DNA from: a virus
Direction: 5' to 3' (one strand)
Length of the DNA stretch: 64,000 nucleotides
Virus record (IMG/VR): IMGVR_UViG_3300025834_000005
In this document: positions 31,263 through 40,510 of the stretch, piece by piece
Layout: every line of letters begins with the position of its first letter
Position numbering within the stretch: the first letter of the stretch is position 1
Notes under the pieces: model-generated
Told to the model about the DNA's origin: nothing
Database searches by the model: none
Seen by the model: only the letters and a program-made list of their open reading frames with translations
Position numbers and translations under genes: made by a program

Positions 31263-32678
31263 ATGAACGACAAAGAACTAATATTACCAAATAATAAGTT
31301 GATCACATTTAATGATCAGCAATATGATGGCATTAATTTAATGCGTCAATGGCTTAAAACCGATAATAAGTTCTTCACTTTAGCTGGCTATGCTGGAACA
31401 GGTAAAACTACCATAGTAAAGAAAATACTTGATGAATCCAGCAGAAAAATAGCCGTATCAGCACCTACACATAAAGCTAAGAAAGTTGTTGCACGATCAA
31501 CATCACAAGAAGCTTTAACATTACAAGCTATATGTGGATTAAGACCAGATGTAGACCTTGATAATTTCAATCCAAATAGTCCCGAATTCGGAGTAATCGC
31601 AATACCTAAGATCAGCAATTTTGATATTTTAGCTATTGATGAAGCATCTATGATCAACGCTGATTTATTCGCTTTAATTAAAAGGTTATCCGAAAAAGCA
31701 GCTACTCAGATATTATTCATGGGTGACCCTGCACAGATACCGCCCATAAATGAGAAAGAAAGTGTTGTTTTCAACGATTCGTCAATCTTAATGCATTGGC
31801 TTACAAAGATAGAACGTCAAACTGACGGCAATGCATTGTGTGTTATTTACGATGCATTAAGAAACAACCTAAACAGATCGGACGGCGGATTCAACAGAAT
31901 CACAGATATTAACAGCGATGGTGAAGGCGTTATCTTTACAAAGAGTAAAAGATTTTTTAGAGATCGCTTACTAAAGGAATTTTCATCAGAAGAGTTTAAA
32001 AGAGATACTGATCACGTTAAATTAATAGCTTGGAAGAACGAGACTGTGATGTATTCTAATAAAATGATACGTGACAGTTTATTTGGTGCTAATAGCGATA
32101 TAGTTGAGATTAACGACCTTTTAATGGGCTATCGAAGTATTGGCGATAAAAGTCGGTTATATAATATTATTGAGAATTCGGCGGATTACAGAATTGTAAC
32201 CAAATCTGATCTGGAACAAAGCGAATTGGATATATTCGGCTATTATGTCAAGCTACGTGAAAATACAGGCTTTGGAAGTTACACATTCCGAGACGTTTTC
32301 ATTGTAGATACCAATGACGTGAGTAACATGCATTTATATGCTGAATATCATGACTTTTTCAGAGATATGGCAAGTAAAAATAAAAAACTATGGACTAAAT
32401 ATTACGATTTTAGACGTAATAATATGATTCTACGCAACATCACTGAATTCAGAAATGGTACTTTACGTGGACGTAAGGATATTATTGTAAAAGATTTGGA
32501 TTATGGATTTGCTATCACAGGTCATAAATCACAAGGTAGTACCTATAAGAATGTTTTCATTCTTGAGGATGATATTGACGAAAACTGGTCTATTAAAGAA
32601 CGAAATCAGATAAAATACGTTGCTATGACACGACCATCGAAGTCTGCAACCATTTTAACATCAAATGCGATGGATTAA
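31263..32678 (+). CDS. SF1 RecD/Dda-like DNA helicase
   Basis: Walker A AGYAGTGKTT, Walker B ILAIDEASMI, GDPAQIPPI, GHKSQGSTYKNVFI. Confidence 0.8.
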   Translation: MNDKELILPNNKLITFNDQQYDGINLMRQWLKTDNKFFTLAGYAGTGKTTIVKKILDESSRKIAVSAPTHKAKKVVARSTSQEALTLQAICGLRPDVDLDNFNPNSPEFGVIAIPKISNFDILAIDEASMINADLFALIKRLSEKAATQILFMGDPAQIPPINEKESVVFNDSSILMHWLTKIERQTDGNALCVIYDALRNNLNRSDGGFNRITDINSDGEGVIFTKSKRFFRDRLLKEFSSEEFKRDTDHVKLIAWKNETVMYSNKMIRDSLFGANSDIVEINDLLMGYRSIGDKSRLYNIIENSADYRIVTKSDLEQSELDIFGYYVKLRENTGFGSYTFRDVFIVDTNDVSNMHLYAEYHDFFRDMASKNKKLWTKYYDFRRNNMILRNITEFRNGTLRGRKDIIVKDLDYGFAITGHKSQGSTYKNVFILEDDIDENWSIKERNQIKYVAMTRPSKSATILTSNAMD

Positions 32679-32698
32679 TATGAAATACTTCAATATTT

Positions 32699-32728
32699 TT
32701 GTAACCTTTTGTATTAAATTACGTATAA
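32699..32728 (+). promoter_or_regulatory. ECF-type promoter copy TTGTAAC-N16-CGTATAA
   Basis: -35 at 32699-32705, -10 at 32722-32728. Confidence 0.6.
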
Positions 32729-32752
32729 CATAGAAAATATAAAAATTTAAAC

Positions 32753-33520
32753 ATGGATTCACTAAAATATTGCGTGATTTGCGACAGATATCCTATTGAG
32801 ATTGATTTGTGTAAAGAAGAGGCTGATATTAGGTGTTATGAACATCAAAACAAAACAGACTGTTTCACGCATTCATATGTCTCAATTCAGAACATAAGTT
32901 CTCTCGGAGAATGTTTAATGAGTGAGATATATAAGATTAAAGCACGTTTAATCTTAAAACCTGAAAACATCGCAGAAGACCGAATTATAGCTGATTACGA
33001 TTTTTATTCACATATATTTGATGGTGAAGCAAGGCGTGGACACCCAGAGGGAGCTATTATTAATCATATTGTTGAAGTTTTTGATAATATTAACCTGTAC
33101 TCAGTCGGAAATGATGAAAGAAGATTATTGAGACTGATCGCACTAATTCATGATAGTTTCAAGTATAAAGTAGATCGAAGCAAACCGAGAGTCGATGAAA
33201 ACCATCATGGTGCTATCGCAAAAAACTTCGCTCTTAAGTATATCACTGGCTTAAGGACTTTGTTCGTAATTGAAGAACATGATGTAGCGTACAATGTGTG
33301 GCGTAGTGGCTCTAAAGGCGGCTGGGAACAAGCAACAAAAAGAGCAGTGGCGTTAATTAAAAAGCTTGACGCACTCGATGTGCTTGATCTGTATGTTAAA
33401 TTCTACCAATGTGATAATGAAACTGGTGATAAAACTCATGAATGTTTCGCATGGTTCTTAAATTTAGTTAATGAATATAAAAAAAGAAATAAAAATGAAA
33501 AAACAAATTTGTTCTATTAA
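32753..33520 (+). CDS. HD-domain metal-dependent phosphohydrolase
   Basis: GHPEGAIINHIVEV ... LRLIALIHDSFKYK (H...HD). Confidence 0.6.
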   Translation: MDSLKYCVICDRYPIEIDLCKEEADIRCYEHQNKTDCFTHSYVSIQNISSLGECLMSEIYKIKARLILKPENIAEDRIIADYDFYSHIFDGEARRGHPEGAIINHIVEVFDNINLYSVGNDERRLLRLIALIHDSFKYKVDRSKPRVDENHHGAIAKNFALKYITGLRTLFVIEEHDVAYNVWRSGSKGGWEQATKRAVALIKKLDALDVLDLYVKFYQCDNETGDKTHECFAWFLNLVNEYKKRNKNEKTNLFY

Positions 33521-33929
33521 GCATTTCGAAAGAATGCTTAAACAATTCGGGAAAAAAGCATGCACACAAATAATCAATAAGATTTTATTTGTTGATAAAA
33601 AATATCCTGATTCTGAATTTTTATCAATAAGTAATTTTCTCGGAGGATACACTGATTTTTGTGCCAACGATTTGGAATCACTATTTTTAAAATTACTAAA
33701 CGACCAATTCAAATCAAACACGTTTAAAACCAAATCAGGCGTTTCTATAGCGTATATTGATTCAGTGGTTGAGGTGAACTATACAGTTGAAGACGAGAAT
33801 CACAACAGATTAAAATCAATCGATAGTGAGGTATGGCCAGACAAAAAGTACATCACTTTTAGAATATATCGTAAAAAGACAAGAAAGAAACTATTGGTTA
33901 GATGGTCTGTCCCAATGACATGGATTTAA
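33471..33929 (+). CDS. hypothetical protein (start may be ATG 33495)
   Basis: ORF track; overlaps the end of the HD gene. Confidence 0.45.
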   Translation: MNIKKEIKMKKQICSIKHFERMLKQFGKKACTQIINKILFVDKKYPDSEFLSISNFLGGYTDFCANDLESLFLKLLNDQFKSNTFKTKSGVSIAYIDSVVEVNYTVEDENHNRLKSIDSEVWPDKKYITFRIYRKKTRKKLLVRWSVPMTWI

Positions 33930-33977
33930 GTATAATGTCCAAAATAAAGTTTTAAGTGTAAATTAAAAATAAAAAAA

Positions 33978-35345
33978 ATGAATGTTGATTTAAGTGTAAA
34001 CAAACTCGTGGTATATCAGTCAGCCACAAAAGAGTTTAAAGGGTTTCTAATAAAAACCGATGGCTTGTATAGTATTAAGGTGATCGAGTCAACAAAAGGC
34101 AAGATTAAGGTTGATAGCACATATAAGCTTAATAGTAATGAACTGGATTATCTGAACCAGTCCGAATACCCTAAACTGATGGCTGTAAGCATGAGGTCAT
34201 GGCATTATCATCTGGTAAAATATGTTCTGGGTAGCGGAGCACCAACGCCAGAAACAATGCGTAATGGCTGTCCATATTTCTGGCTGTTTATATTTTCACT
34301 ATTTGTATGCACATTTGTTTTCATCGGTAGCATGATCAAAAAGGTCGCAATGTTATTTGATAGCGGAATACAGAAATTTTTCGACGTATTGATCGACCAT
34401 TGGCTTTTAAATGTGGGTGAAAGTGAAATGTATGATTATGCACAGAATGATGGCGATTATTACAAGCCAAATTATTTTACGAAAGCCATTTCAGGTAATA
34501 AATATAATGTTTTTGATAAATTTGTGTTACTTAAATATGGTATAGATAAAAATACGGATTCAGCCTTATACATGCAAAAGAATAATGAGTTATTTGAAAA
34601 ATGGAAAGCATGGCGTAAAGAGGAGAATGAATATGCTGAAAAAAATAGAGCCGAATATCAGAAAAATCTTGCTAAAAAGAAGATTAAGGATGCCAAATGG
34701 GAAGCAAGAATGAAACCTATAAACAACGCATTTGCAAATGCCTCAAATAGCATGTCAAATTTCTTTAACAAAATTCACGATGCTTTCACTGTCAATGCTA
34801 ATATCATAAAAAATACCAAAAAGATTGTAGGATTTCTTGTAACTGTTTTCCTATTAGCAACTTCATTTATAGTCGCATCGATTATATCATATCTATTAGT
34901 CATGCTCTTTGAGGGTGCAGCAAATAATATCGGCACTATTTTAATGGTATTAGGTTATTCAGGTGTTTTTATAGCTTTAGTTCTCGTGTTACTATTCATT
35001 TATTTTGTTCTCGATGCTTTCGCTAAAGACTGTATGAAAAATAAAAATACATGGTATTCTAAATTCCTACGTTCAGCTATCTTTAGTCCTATCGCAATTG
35101 CTGGGATATTCATATTAAGAGTTATATACTATATTATAATACTACCTTTGAAATTCGTTGTATATGATTTTCTCTGGAAAATAGTATGTGTAGCGATCAT
35201 AGCTGGCTCAGCAGTGGGAATATTCAATCTGATATTAAACTCTGGAGGTATCTTCTCAGATTACTTTAAAGCAAGTTATAGTGATTACTGCCCTGGAATT
35301 GAGTGGATTGACACGGAAGACGAAGTAAAAAATAATAAAAAATAA
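33978..35345 (+). CDS. large polytopic membrane protein, hypothetical
   Basis: Several long hydrophobic segments (e.g. FWLFIFSLFVCTFVFIGS, VGFLVTVFLLATSFIVASIISYLLVMLF) around a Lys/Glu-rich coil. Confidence 0.55.
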   Translation: MNVDLSVNKLVVYQSATKEFKGFLIKTDGLYSIKVIESTKGKIKVDSTYKLNSNELDYLNQSEYPKLMAVSMRSWHYHLVKYVLGSGAPTPETMRNGCPYFWLFIFSLFVCTFVFIGSMIKKVAMLFDSGIQKFFDVLIDHWLLNVGESEMYDYAQNDGDYYKPNYFTKAISGNKYNVFDKFVLLKYGIDKNTDSALYMQKNNELFEKWKAWRKEENEYAEKNRAEYQKNLAKKKIKDAKWEARMKPINNAFANASNSMSNFFNKIHDAFTVNANIIKNTKKIVGFLVTVFLLATSFIVASIISYLLVMLFEGAANNIGTILMVLGYSGVFIALVLVLLFIYFVLDAFAKDCMKNKNTWYSKFLRSAIFSPIAIAGIFILRVIYYIIILPLKFVVYDFLWKIVCVAIIAGSAVGIFNLILNSGGIFSDYFKASYSDYCPGIEWIDTEDEVKNNKK

Positions 35346-35349
35346 AAAC

Positions 35350-35928
35350 ATGTATACATTTCTATTAGTATCATTAGTAACAATCATAGTCTCGGCATGC
35401 TTCTTCAAAGGAAGTATGTCATGGGACAAAAAATTTCTAATCATAGGTATAATTGCCTTCGTAACTATGGTATCATTCGTTGTGACAGATTTATCCACAA
35501 GGGATAAAAAGAAAACTGTAATTTCTTACAATTCTATTCACGAGTTATTTAGTATTAAATGCAAAACAGATAGTATAGACACTGTTAAGAATTTTGTTTT
35601 ATATACCAATTTAAATTCGGATTCGATTATATATAAAACGGCTGTAAACACACACATTGTTTTTGCACAGATAGGTAGCGATACAATGGTCTATTACATG
35701 AAAAACGATGGTAAGATCACATCTAAATATCTGAAGGATATTTATTTTAGAAAAGACACCACGAATAAAGCATATCACATGATAAAAACAGCGTTATATG
35801 ATCGTGAGTTGAATAACTGGTATAATCCATTCACATTGAACGCATACTTATCAGAGATCGTACTGGTATTACCATCAAATGAATTCGATATGATTCCAAA
35901 AAGTCTTATTAAACCAGAAAAATTTTAA
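35350..35928 (+). CDS. membrane protein, hypothetical
   Basis: Two N-terminal hydrophobic segments. Confidence 0.5.
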   Translation: MYTFLLVSLVTIIVSACFFKGSMSWDKKFLIIGIIAFVTMVSFVVTDLSTRDKKKTVISYNSIHELFSIKCKTDSIDTVKNFVLYTNLNSDSIIYKTAVNTHIVFAQIGSDTMVYYMKNDGKITSKYLKDIYFRKDTTNKAYHMIKTALYDRELNNWYNPFTLNAYLSEIVLVLPSNEFDMIPKSLIKPEKF

Positions 35929-35930
35929 AT

Positions 35931-36185
35931 ATGAAAACAAGTTTACTAAAAGTTGTTCTCTGCAAAGAGAGACTACATTGGAATAGGGTTATTGAGATAT
36001 ATGGTAAATTTGACAATATTCTCTCCAAAATGATAGCTGGTACGATTGTATCATTATTATTCACTGTAGGGCATTATTTTCATGTTGTGATGCATGTTTT
36101 ATACGAATTAGTTCTATATGTATTTTATCGTGATGCATTCAAGGGCAATTTGATCAAACTTGCCAATACCTGTAATACAAAATAA
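35931..36185 (+). CDS. small membrane protein, hypothetical
   Basis: ORF track. Confidence 0.45.
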   Translation: MKTSLLKVVLCKERLHWNRVIEIYGKFDNILSKMIAGTIVSLLFTVGHYFHVVMHVLYELVLYVFYRDAFKGNLIKLANTCNTK

Positions 36186-36208
36186 AATTGTCCATAATTA
36201 AAAATAAC

Positions 36209-36243
36209 GAAACGCTAATAGCTATAAAGGTTGTTAGCGTTTC
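36209..36243 (+). terminator. hairpin terminator candidate
   Basis: GAAACGCTAA / TTAGCGTTTC 10-bp stem. Confidence 0.5.
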
Positions 36244-36263
36244 TCATAATACATAAATAAGCC

Positions 36264-36482
36264 ATGATTAAATCATTATTAACATATTTGTTTCTACTAT
36301 TCATTGAGTCGATAGTTATAGCCGCAATTATTTTTGTTATATCTTACTATCCATTACAAAATGAATTTGCTATTCACGTTAAATATATTAACTTTGTATA
36401 TTTAACGTTTGGATTTAAAATAATGTCAACAAATTTTATCGCTTTAATGAGTGCGATAGATGCACAAGAAAAACAAGAATAA
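36264..36482 (+). CDS. small membrane protein, hypothetical
   Basis: ORF track. Confidence 0.45.
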   Translation: MIKSLLTYLFLLFIESIVIAAIIFVISYYPLQNEFAIHVKYINFVYLTFGFKIMSTNFIALMSAIDAQEKQE

Positions 36483-36484
36483 TT

Positions 36485-36700
36485 ATGAGATACAGTAAAG
36501 ACAGTTCAAGAATCACCGTCAAATATATTGACGCAAATACAGAGGATACGATATTCGAAATTCCTAATAGGAATCATACGAATATCGGTGAGCTATTTTC
36601 AGATTTCTATGCCAGTTCAATCATGGAAAACGAAATTAAGGATGGTAAATTTCCTAAAAAAATAATAATTTTAGCGGCAATCGAATTAACGCTCAACTAA
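36485..36700 (+). CDS. hypothetical protein
   Basis: ORF track. Confidence 0.45.
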   Translation: MRYSKDSSRITVKYIDANTEDTIFEIPNRNHTNIGELFSDFYASSIMENEIKDGKFPKKIIILAAIELTLN

Positions 36701-36701
36701 G

Positions 36702-37016
36702 ATGATAAATAAGCTAAATCGGTGTAGATTTAAGTCCTTTATGTCAGAGCACACTAAGGACGGAGGTAAAATTCCTCAAAAGTATGCTTTAACAGAGTTG
36801 GTCAAAGAATGTATAATATCCAAAGACTATAAGATATATTTTGGTGGCGGTTATGAATATGGGACGAAAAATGCCATAAATAAATATGATGTTGTTTGTT
36901 ACATCAACATGACTGGTGACCCATTCTTCATGGTATGTATGGATAATGAGGATGGCGATTTTTGCACATTGTTCTGCTGCAACTCAGATTGCGAATTTGA
37001 AAAAATAGAAATTTAA
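36702..37016 (+). CDS. hypothetical protein
   Basis: ORF track. Confidence 0.45.
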   Translation: MINKLNRCRFKSFMSEHTKDGGKIPQKYALTELVKECIISKDYKIYFGGGYEYGTKNAINKYDVVCYINMTGDPFFMVCMDNEDGDFCTLFCCNSDCEFEKIEI

Positions 37017-37020
37017 ATAT

Positions 37021-37326
37021 ATGAGAACAAGATTAATAACAGGTCATGTTGAGCATTACTCACCTGACGAACCAAGCAAAGAACTTGGAATAATGATGAA
37101 TTATAATATCGACGGAAAATCAATCAGATTCGAATCGACGTTACCGTATATTTTCAAAAACGGTAATTATATCTTTTTTGAAACATTGTTAACAATGTTC
37201 GATTACTACTTAAACGGTAATGTTTATCTTAAACGTGCATATCTACCAGAAGCTGAATTTGACGCATATTTCGATGCGGAATTCATAGATGGATTATTTA
37301 AAGATAAACTCGAATGGATGGAATAA
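37021..37326 (+). CDS. hypothetical protein
   Basis: ORF track; last gene of the + block. Confidence 0.5.
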   Translation: MRTRLITGHVEHYSPDEPSKELGIMMNYNIDGKSIRFESTLPYIFKNGNYIFFETLLTMFDYYLNGNVYLKRAYLPEAEFDAYFDAEFIDGLFKDKLEWME

Positions 37327-37360
37327 AAAAAGGGAGCAAATTAATTTGCTCCCTTTTTTT
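37325..37360. terminator. bidirectional terminator at the + / - block junction
   Basis: Perfect palindrome AAAAAAAGGGAGCAAATT / AATTTGCTCCCTTTTTTT. Confidence 0.85.
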
Positions 37361-37376
37361 GTACAATGTCCTTTCA

Positions 37377-38126
37377 TTATATCATCCTGAGATCATTCAT
37401 TAATTGCATAGCAAGATTAACCTTTGTCATAGACTGCATAGAAGCCCAACTAATAACCTTATCATTATCAGCCTCAATATTTGCCCAATAAAACATAGAA
37501 GCGTCAACCTCATTAAAAATTTCAACAGTCTTCTTTAATCCTAAGAATTCGGATATTATCATTAAATTAGCGGATACAGCACCCCCAAATTTCCACACTT
37601 CCTCAACATCAACAATATTATCACCCTCCCAAGGTTTTGATGATAAAGACTCCTTCAAGATTGCTGGCAACTCAACAGGCTTACTAAATTTACTTCGGTT
37701 AACCATATACCTTTTAATTAAAAATGGTATTCTCATCTTTGATAAATTAAAGCCGCAAATTGCTGGAAACTTTGTGCCAGCTTCACCACATGAATTTAAG
37801 TAGTCAAAAAATGCTTCGATAACGATATCCTCATTAGGACTTGCAACCTTTTTAAAATTTCTTTTTACCTCACCGTTCACCATCGTCATAGTGCCATACG
37901 AAATCGACACTATTTTACACAACTCAGGGCATCTAACAGCGGCTCTCTCATAAGGCAGATTATAATCATCCCTATAATTAGTCCTGATCTCCATCCACTG
38001 GTCATACAAGCCTTTATTACCCTTCTCAAGTGCATCTAATGTCGGGTATTCCAATACACTATCTATCGATACAAATAGCATATTATAAATGCTTGCACGA
38101 TTAAAAACTGTCTTAAATAAGTCCAT
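37377..38126 (-). CDS. RNase H-fold protein resembling the PolB-type 3'-5' exonuclease domain (catalytic residues appear diverged)
   Basis: LFVSIDSV..., PELCKIVSISYG, ICGFNLSKMRIPFLIKRY follow the order of the DIET / IvaIs / gfN..FD.P.L motifs, but the first acidic motif is SIDS. Confidence 0.3.
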   Translation of the reverse strand: MDLFKTVFNRASIYNMLFVSIDSVLEYPTLDALEKGNKGLYDQWMEIRTNYRDDYNLPYERAAVRCPELCKIVSISYGTMTMVNGEVKRNFKKVASPNEDIVIEAFFDYLNSCGEAGTKFPAICGFNLSKMRIPFLIKRYMVNRSKFSKPVELPAILKESLSSKPWEGDNIVDVEEVWKFGGAVSANLMIISEFLGLKKTVEIFNEVDASMFYWANIEADNDKVISWASMQSMTKVNLAMQLMNDLRMI

Positions 38127-38174
38127 ATTTATAATTAATTTTTTATTTTTACAAAGATAAGGTATTTATATGAA

Positions 38175-38639
38175 ATGGACAAGAAAATTACACCCACATC
38201 TACAAATATTTCCAAAGGTTTTTGGAGTGATATTTTAACTGATAATAACTCATACAGATTTAGTATGACTAAAGTCGGCTCTCTTATTGGTCTGCTTATG
38301 ATGTTTATCGTAATCATGGCTTCCACAGTTATTATGGTTGATAAAAAGGAAATAGACCATGTGTTAATCGTAGAAATAATCGGTTTCACCTTAACAGCCA
38401 TTGGGTATAAAAATGGTTTCGGCTTTAATGTTAGTAACAAGATTGGGAGTATGGATGCTGAGACTATTAACTCCATAAACGCCATAAATAACAATAATAA
38501 TGGCGTCGCAGGTGTTAATAATGCTATGCCTAAAATGCCATCAATGCCAAATGTGACAGCAATGGCAAATATTCCGATTGTTATGAGTGATATGCCACCA
38601 GATGGCTCAAAAATAGAGGAATCTCAAACTAACCAATAA
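38175..38639 (+). CDS. membrane protein, hypothetical; lone + strand gene inside the - block
   Basis: Two hydrophobic segments and an Asn-rich tail; the overlapping - strand ORF 38135..38494 looks like an antisense artefact. Confidence 0.4.
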   Translation: MDKKITPTSTNISKGFWSDILTDNNSYRFSMTKVGSLIGLLMMFIVIMASTVIMVDKKEIDHVLIVEIIGFTLTAIGYKNGFGFNVSNKIGSMDAETINSINAINNNNNGVAGVNNAMPKMPSMPNVTAMANIPIVMSDMPPDGSKIEESQTNQ

Positions 38640-39042
38640 TAAATTTGATTAGTTTGAGGATAAATGATTTGTTTTTCTCTTTCACACTCACATATATCTC
38701 ACTAATTTCAGCAAGATCATAGTTTAATAGACTATACTCCTGATAATCCTTCGAATGCTTTAATATATATTGAATACATTCAAGTCTTTTATCCTCTGAT
38801 AATTTTCTCTTTATTTCCATATTTTTCACATATGTGTCGCCAAAGCCTTCAATATCATTAGCAAACATTTTCATCGAGCGTTGATTCTCGCCCTTAATCT
38901 GCTTAATTTCGGCGGCATACATGCTCTTTGAGACTGGCTTATCAGCACCAATCTCAATAACTTCTTCTAATAATTCACGATCTTCATCGCTTAAATTTGA
39001 TTTAGGCTTTGGTATTTGATTTGGGTTCTGATTTTGTGTCAT
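38629..39042 (-). CDS. hypothetical protein
   Basis: ORF track. Confidence 0.5.
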   Translation of the reverse strand: MTQNQNPNQIPKPKSNLSDEDRELLEEVIEIGADKPVSKSMYAAEIKQIKGENQRSMKMFANDIEGFGDTYVKNMEIKRKLSEDKRLECIQYILKHSKDYQEYSLLNYDLAEISEIYVSVKEKNKSFILKLIKFIIG

Positions 39043-39427
39043 CTACAATAGGTTTAAATGATGTTTCACGCATGTCATCGAGTTCCTTATAAAACTGATT
39101 AGCTTTATTCTCGAAGGTGCTTTTAAAGTTTTCCATTTTCTTTGCGAATAAGGCTTCCTTTTCAGCTATTTTTTTATTAGTGTTTATTAATAACTTCATA
39201 AAATCAACCAAAGTTCCAAGACCAACATCTGATTTCGCTGGTGCTAAGATCACAATCTTACCGTTTTCATCGTCGCTAACAATTTCACACGCCACAAACT
39301 GATTACCAGCAATAGCCCATTTAGCTGGTATACCAACTTCTAACTCATACCATCCGACTTCAGTATTACGTGTTATCGAGATTAAATAGCCATCTAATGG
39401 CTCTAACATTTTTTCTATTCTGTCCAT
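39002..39427 (-). CDS. hypothetical protein
   Basis: ORF track. Confidence 0.5.
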   Translation of the reverse strand: MDRIEKMLEPLDGYLISITRNTEVGWYELEVGIPAKWAIAGNQFVACEIVSDDENGKIVILAPAKSDVGLGTLVDFMKLLINTNKKIAEKEALFAKKMENFKSTFENKANQFYKELDDMRETSFKPIVDDTKSEPKSNTKA

Positions 39428-39429
39428 AA

Positions 39430-39630
39430 TTATAATATAAAGCTAATAAATACGCCGATTGATATCCATAAAATCATTTTTTCAACACCAGTCATAACAA
39501 ACTTGGTATCGTTTCCGAAATATATTTTACTGTAAGCTTTAATTAAGATGTCGATAATAATATGTATAATATATATTATCGACATTATAAACATAAACTG
39601 GTAAATTTCTGCGAGAATTCCTATAATCAT
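39430..39630 (-). CDS. small membrane protein, hypothetical
   Basis: ORF track. Confidence 0.45.
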   Translation of the reverse strand: MIIGILAEIYQFMFIMSIIYIIHIIIDILIKAYSKIYFGNDTKFVMTGVEKMILWISIGVFISFIL

Positions 39631-39642
39631 TTTTATTTGTTT

Positions 39643-39861
39643 TTATTTTTCTAAATCATTAGATACAACATCCTTAAAATAATGATCAACCATATCTATT
39701 TTTGAATTTATTAGTATAATTTCACCAAGAATTTCACTAATTTTATCGATTTTAGCACGATAGCCATGAGCCGATGAATTTATATAATCATGCAGTTCAA
39801 CCTCAGCCAGATATTTATCTGTTGATAGCTTACTCAATATATCATACTTAATATTAATCAT
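39643..39861 (-). CDS. hypothetical protein
   Basis: ORF track. Confidence 0.45.
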   Translation of the reverse strand: MINIKYDILSKLSTDKYLAEVELHDYINSSAHGYRAKIDKISEILGEIILINSKIDMVDHYFKDVVSNDLEK

Positions 39862-39906
39862 TTTTTTTGTAAAAGTATATAATATTTATCAATTATACAA
39901 GTACTT

Positions 39907-40338
39907 TCACACTTTTTCGAGTAATTTTTTTTTCAAAACCAATGACTTATCAAACTTAACATATACTTCGACAAGTAAATTCATATCATAACCCACTTTA
40001 TTAAACTTATAGTTGAAAATACTTCTCCAAAACTTATCAAGCTTATTAATATCTATTGAAGACTTATCTGTACAGGTATTAGAATTATAGATATGTAACT
40101 CATAAAACGAATAGAAATAAGTTCTAAGATCATCGTTATCGGCAAACATCATATTTTCCTTAGCGAATGACTTACACACCTCATTATAACACCAATTATA
40201 ATGATTGTATTTATCATTCTTATCATTTAACGTTTTAGAGTCTAAATAATAATCATAAATCTTATGCAATAAATTTATCGTAAAATCACGATAAAGTTCT
40301 ACTCTCATGATAACAATTTTTACTTTCTGTTCAGCCAT
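39907..40338 (-). CDS. hypothetical protein
   Basis: ORF track. Confidence 0.5.
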   Translation of the reverse strand: MAEQKVKIVIMRVELYRDFTINLLHKIYDYYLDSKTLNDKNDKYNHYNWCYNEVCKSFAKENMMFADNDDLRTYFYSFYELHIYNSNTCTDKSSIDINKLDKFWRSIFNYKFNKVGYDMNLLVEVYVKFDKSLVLKKKLLEKV

Positions 40339-40372
40339 TATATATTTTTTTACTTTTGTCTTTTATTCGTGG

Positions 40373-40380
40373 CAAATATA
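40373..40380 (-). promoter_or_regulatory. TAnnTTTG (Bacteroidetes -7-like) motif
   Basis: Minus strand TATATTTG, 34 nt upstream of ATG 40338. Confidence 0.3.
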
Positions 40381-40437
40381 ATACAAAATATCCGAAATAC
40401 AACCATTACGAGTTAAAATATTTATAAACAAAAAAAA

Positions 40438-40473
40438 GGATATTTAATTATAAATAGTTATAATTAAATATCC
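40438..40473 (-). terminator. rho-independent terminator (minus strand)
   Basis: GGATATTTAATTATAA / TTATAATTAAATATCC 16-bp stem, 4-nt loop; A8 on + gives a T run on -. Confidence 0.75.
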
Positions 40474-40510
40474 CTGATAATTTGTTAGAATTATAGTCTG
40501 TATTCTGTTA

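Noticed and set aside
38135-38494. 119-aa minus-strand ORF overlapping 38175-38639
   Set aside because: It is a highly hydrophobic Ile/Leu-rich mirror translation. The + strand ORF has clearer segment structure and its own upstream AT-rich region. Confidence remains low for either.
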